A DNA stretch of 53,360 nt from a virus. Positions 51,443-53,360 of this stretch are shown in pieces. Position 1 is the stretch's first letter. Each line of letters starts with the position of its first letter. The DNA lies in IMG/VR virus record IMGVR_UViG_3300045988_161096, one strand, 5' to 3'. The notes below the pieces were generated by a model, which saw nothing but the letters and a program-made list of their open reading frames with translations, did no database searches and was not told the DNA's origin. The translations under genes and the position numbers were made by a program.

Positions 51443-52045
51443 ATGAAGCAACTGAATTTTTATAGTATACTTTCACAATTTTTAATCGTGATTCTCTTGG
51501 GGGCTTTTTTGTATATTTGGCACCAAGGAAAACAGCATAAAGCTTGTGAAATTGCATACCAGAATAGTATATCAGTGAGTATGGATTCACTGCATAAATA
51601 CAAAGTGGCCGACAGCCTAAACGCAATTCATATTTCAAATATAGAATTGTCTTTAAAGCAATATAAGCAGCTAAGAGCTGATGATGCTAAATTAATTAAG
51701 CAGCTTAAAGCTGATAAACTTACTGCTGTAGTAAATCCTGAAACTATTATTAAGTACAAAATAAAGACACAGTTAAAAGATTCTATAATATACACAGATA
51801 CAGTAAAGGCCATTAATTATCATGATTCCTGGAATTCAGTATCAGGATATTTTACAAAAGATTCGGCAAATCTAAATATACAGTCTAAAGATGAGCTTTT
51901 AATTACAAAGTCTATAGAACGAAAAAGATTTTTAGGCATTAAACTTAGTCCTAAATGGTTTGGTTATCGCAATTTGCAACTCAACATTGTTAGCAAAAAT
52001 CCAAAATGTGCTATCAGCAACGTAGAGTATATAGAGCTAAAGTAA
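51443..52045 (+). CDS. N-terminally anchored coiled-coil protein; spanin-like lysis candidate
   Basis: The track start at 51401 is GTG and lies inside a 9-bp hairpin (CCACTATAT / ATATAGTGG); the in-frame ATG 51443 is preferred. TM segment: ILSQFLIVILLGAFLYIW. Confidence 0.45.
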   Translation: MKQLNFYSILSQFLIVILLGAFLYIWHQGKQHKACEIAYQNSISVSMDSLHKYKVADSLNAIHISNIELSLKQYKQLRADDAKLIKQLKADKLTAVVNPETIIKYKIKTQLKDSIIYTDTVKAINYHDSWNSVSGYFTKDSANLNIQSKDELLITKSIERKRFLGIKLSPKWFGYRNLQLNIVSKNPKCAISNVEYIELK

Positions 52046-52068
52046 AAATATTTAACAAGGTAACAATT

Positions 52069-52329
52069 CGTGAACTATTCGTGAACGTTATAGGGTAACA
52101 CCTAACCTATTGAAAGTCAATCACTTATATAAAAAGTTACCCAAGTTACCCTATAATCTATATAGTCCAAATGATATTTTTTAAAAACATATACTATAGC
52201 CGTAGTATATGTTTTTTAAAAAATATCCCTATAAGTTATAGAAAAGGTCCGTGCTCCGGACACTTTTTATATAAGTAATTGATTTTCAATAGGTTATATG
52301 GTTCCGTAAATATTTTTTATTTGGTGAAC
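52069..52329 (+). repeat. iteron/inverted-repeat module L2
   Basis: CGTGAAC at 52069 and 52080 (11-bp spacing), and GGTGAAC at 52323. GGGTAAC at 52093 opposes GTTACCC at 52136 and 52145. 34-nt inverted arms at 52104-52137 and 52262-52295 (2 mismatches). Nested ~22-bp-arm palindrome at 52174-52226. GC hairpin GTCCG-TGCTC-CGGAC. Confidence 0.85.
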
Positions 52330-52466
52330 TTCGCCCATCTGATAAATTTATAAGATTTATGTAATATAGAATTGTGTTACGCGTACGTGCGTATATACGC
52401 ATACATTATATAAGATTTATAAGTTCAAGTGTTAACAGTAGTTAAAAAATTTTTTGTTAACTTCTT

Positions 52467-52511
52467 TTAACACAAAAAATTTTTTTATATGAAGAATTTT
52501 TGTTACTTTTG
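52467..52511 (+). promoter_or_regulatory. promoter: TTAACACAAAAAATTTTTTT box plus -7 box TACTTTTG (52504-52511)
   Basis: Exact TAnnTTTG 39 nt upstream of ATG 52550. Confidence 0.65.
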
Positions 52512-52549
52512 CAAATGAAAATAATAAAGAACATAACTTCATATTTTAC

Positions 52550-52975
52550 ATGGAAAAATTTAACATAAATAAAATTATGAGCCAATATGGCTTACAGGAG
52601 CAAGAGATTGCAAATCTCTTATGGCCAATGGTCAAATATCCTGAACTTGGCTTTAAGCGAGTATTAAGAGGTGAAACTTACCTCGATTCTGCTCAGATAT
52701 GCGCACTGGCAAATTATTTGCAAGTACCAGTTTCAGAACTCTTTACAGTAGAAGATACTGATTGGCATGCTATCTCTAAAGATATGCGAACAATTTTCAC
52801 AAAAGGTGATTATAAGGTTATAATAGGAAAAGACTTATCCTCAATATCATTTTGGCATAAGAACGATAATTTTCGTAATTTTGTAACACCAGTAAATGCA
52901 ATGAAAGTCAAAGATTTTTTAATTTGGATTGACACAATTGTAAAAGAACATAAACAAGAATTGTTAAACAGATAA
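52550..52975 (+). CDS. XRE-like helix-turn-helix regulator (tentative)
   Basis: 141 aa. The N-terminal YGLQEQEIANLLW...LRGETYLDSAQICALANYLQVPVSELF has the pattern of an HTH_XRE domain. It is the first gene after the regulatory region. Confidence 0.5.
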   Translation: MEKFNINKIMSQYGLQEQEIANLLWPMVKYPELGFKRVLRGETYLDSAQICALANYLQVPVSELFTVEDTDWHAISKDMRTIFTKGDYKVIIGKDLSSISFWHKNDNFRNFVTPVNAMKVKDFLIWIDTIVKEHKQELLNR

Positions 52976-52979
52976 TTTT

Positions 52980-53162
52980 ATGATTATATCTGAAAAGGTT
53001 GCAGAATATAAAATAGAAAAATCAGAAAGTGGATATTTTATCATAATGTATAAAATACCGAGATATGGATTTTGGTGTAAAGTTGAAAACGCAGAATTTA
53101 AAACTGCACTAAAAGCTGAAAATTGGTTTAAAAGACAACTTAAAAAACGTGTTAAATATTAA
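52980..53162 (+). CDS. hypothetical small basic protein
   Basis: 60-aa ATG ORF. Confidence 0.45.
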   Translation: MIISEKVAEYKIEKSESGYFIIMYKIPRYGFWCKVENAEFKTALKAENWFKRQLKKRVKY

Positions 53163-53180
53163 TTTATAAATTTTTAAATT

Positions 53181-53360
53181 ATGGACAATATTAAGATTTC
53201 AGTAGATGTTAATGTACATCTCTCAGAGAAGACAGAGAATTTTATTTCTAGTTTGGTAAGTAAGCTGATTTCAGCTCCGACAGTCCCAGCTCCTGTTATT
53301 TTAGGAGCAGCTCCAGCAGCTCCAGCAGCTCCAGCAGCTCCAGCAGCTCCAGCAGCTCCA
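53181..53360 (+). CDS. 5' part of the wrap-around gene (continues at nt 3-215)
   Basis: ATG 53181. MDNIKISVDVNVHLSEKTENFISSLVSKLISAPTVPAPVILG(AAP)6 runs off the window end on a codon boundary. Confidence 0.7.
   Translation, partial: MDNIKISVDVNVHLSEKTENFISSLVSKLISAPTVPAPVILGAAPAAPAAPAAPAAPAAP
53307..53360 (+). repeat. 9-bp tandem repeat GCAGCTCCA x6 at the window end
   Basis: Read directly. Same unit as nt 1-55. Confidence 0.95.

Noticed and set aside
1-53360. Retron, diversity-generating retroelement or other reverse-transcriptase-based system behind the structured non-coding repeats
   Set aside because: No reverse-transcriptase motifs (such as YxDD) were seen in any ORF of the track. The repeats are therefore not explained by a known RT-dependent system.

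Overview
The window reads as a complete, circularly closed tailed-phage genome. It is about 53.3 kb, and its first and last 53 nt are the same 9-bp coding repeat. All convincing genes are on the + strand.

The host is probably a member of the Bacteroidota. Ten operon starts carry the Bacteroides-type -7 box TAnnTTTG, and I saw no Shine-Dalgarno sequences.

Gene order:
- 52550 -> wrap -> 16403: early and replication module. It holds an XRE-like regulator, a DUF2800 nuclease, a DUF2815 SSB, a family A DNA polymerase, a VirE-type primase-helicase, a VRR-NUC nuclease, an inserted HNH endonuclease and an SNF2 helicase. A nucleotide/DNA-modification cluster follows: an AT-hook protein, a SAM methyltransferase, a dUTPase-like protein and a ThyA-like enzyme.
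- 16802-23183: small middle genes. This stretch includes an extremely AT-rich island.
- 24586-29924: packaging genes. TerL is split in its P-loop by a 385-aa LAGLIDADG intein. An AP2-type homing-endonuclease gene there is broken by an in-frame TAG.
- 30107-30357: tRNA cluster with Thr(UGU), an initiator-like Met(CAU) and one non-canonical tRNA-like element.
- 30427-47881: head and tail genes (portal, scaffold, capsid, tape measure).
- 47998-52045: SGNH-esterase tail fibre and lysis genes (amidase, GNAT).

The most unusual content is non-coding:
- Four paralogous hairpin + U-tract elements share an invariant GTGTTCTCT core and head larger repeated intergenic modules.
- A GC-rich palindrome box family sits at the module boundaries.
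- Two ~265-bp iteron/inverted-repeat modules lie in opposite orientation about half a genome apart.
- Three tRNA-like elements have perfect T-arms but non-cloverleaf cores.

All family calls come from motifs read by eye and recalled from memory. No searches or folding programs were run.
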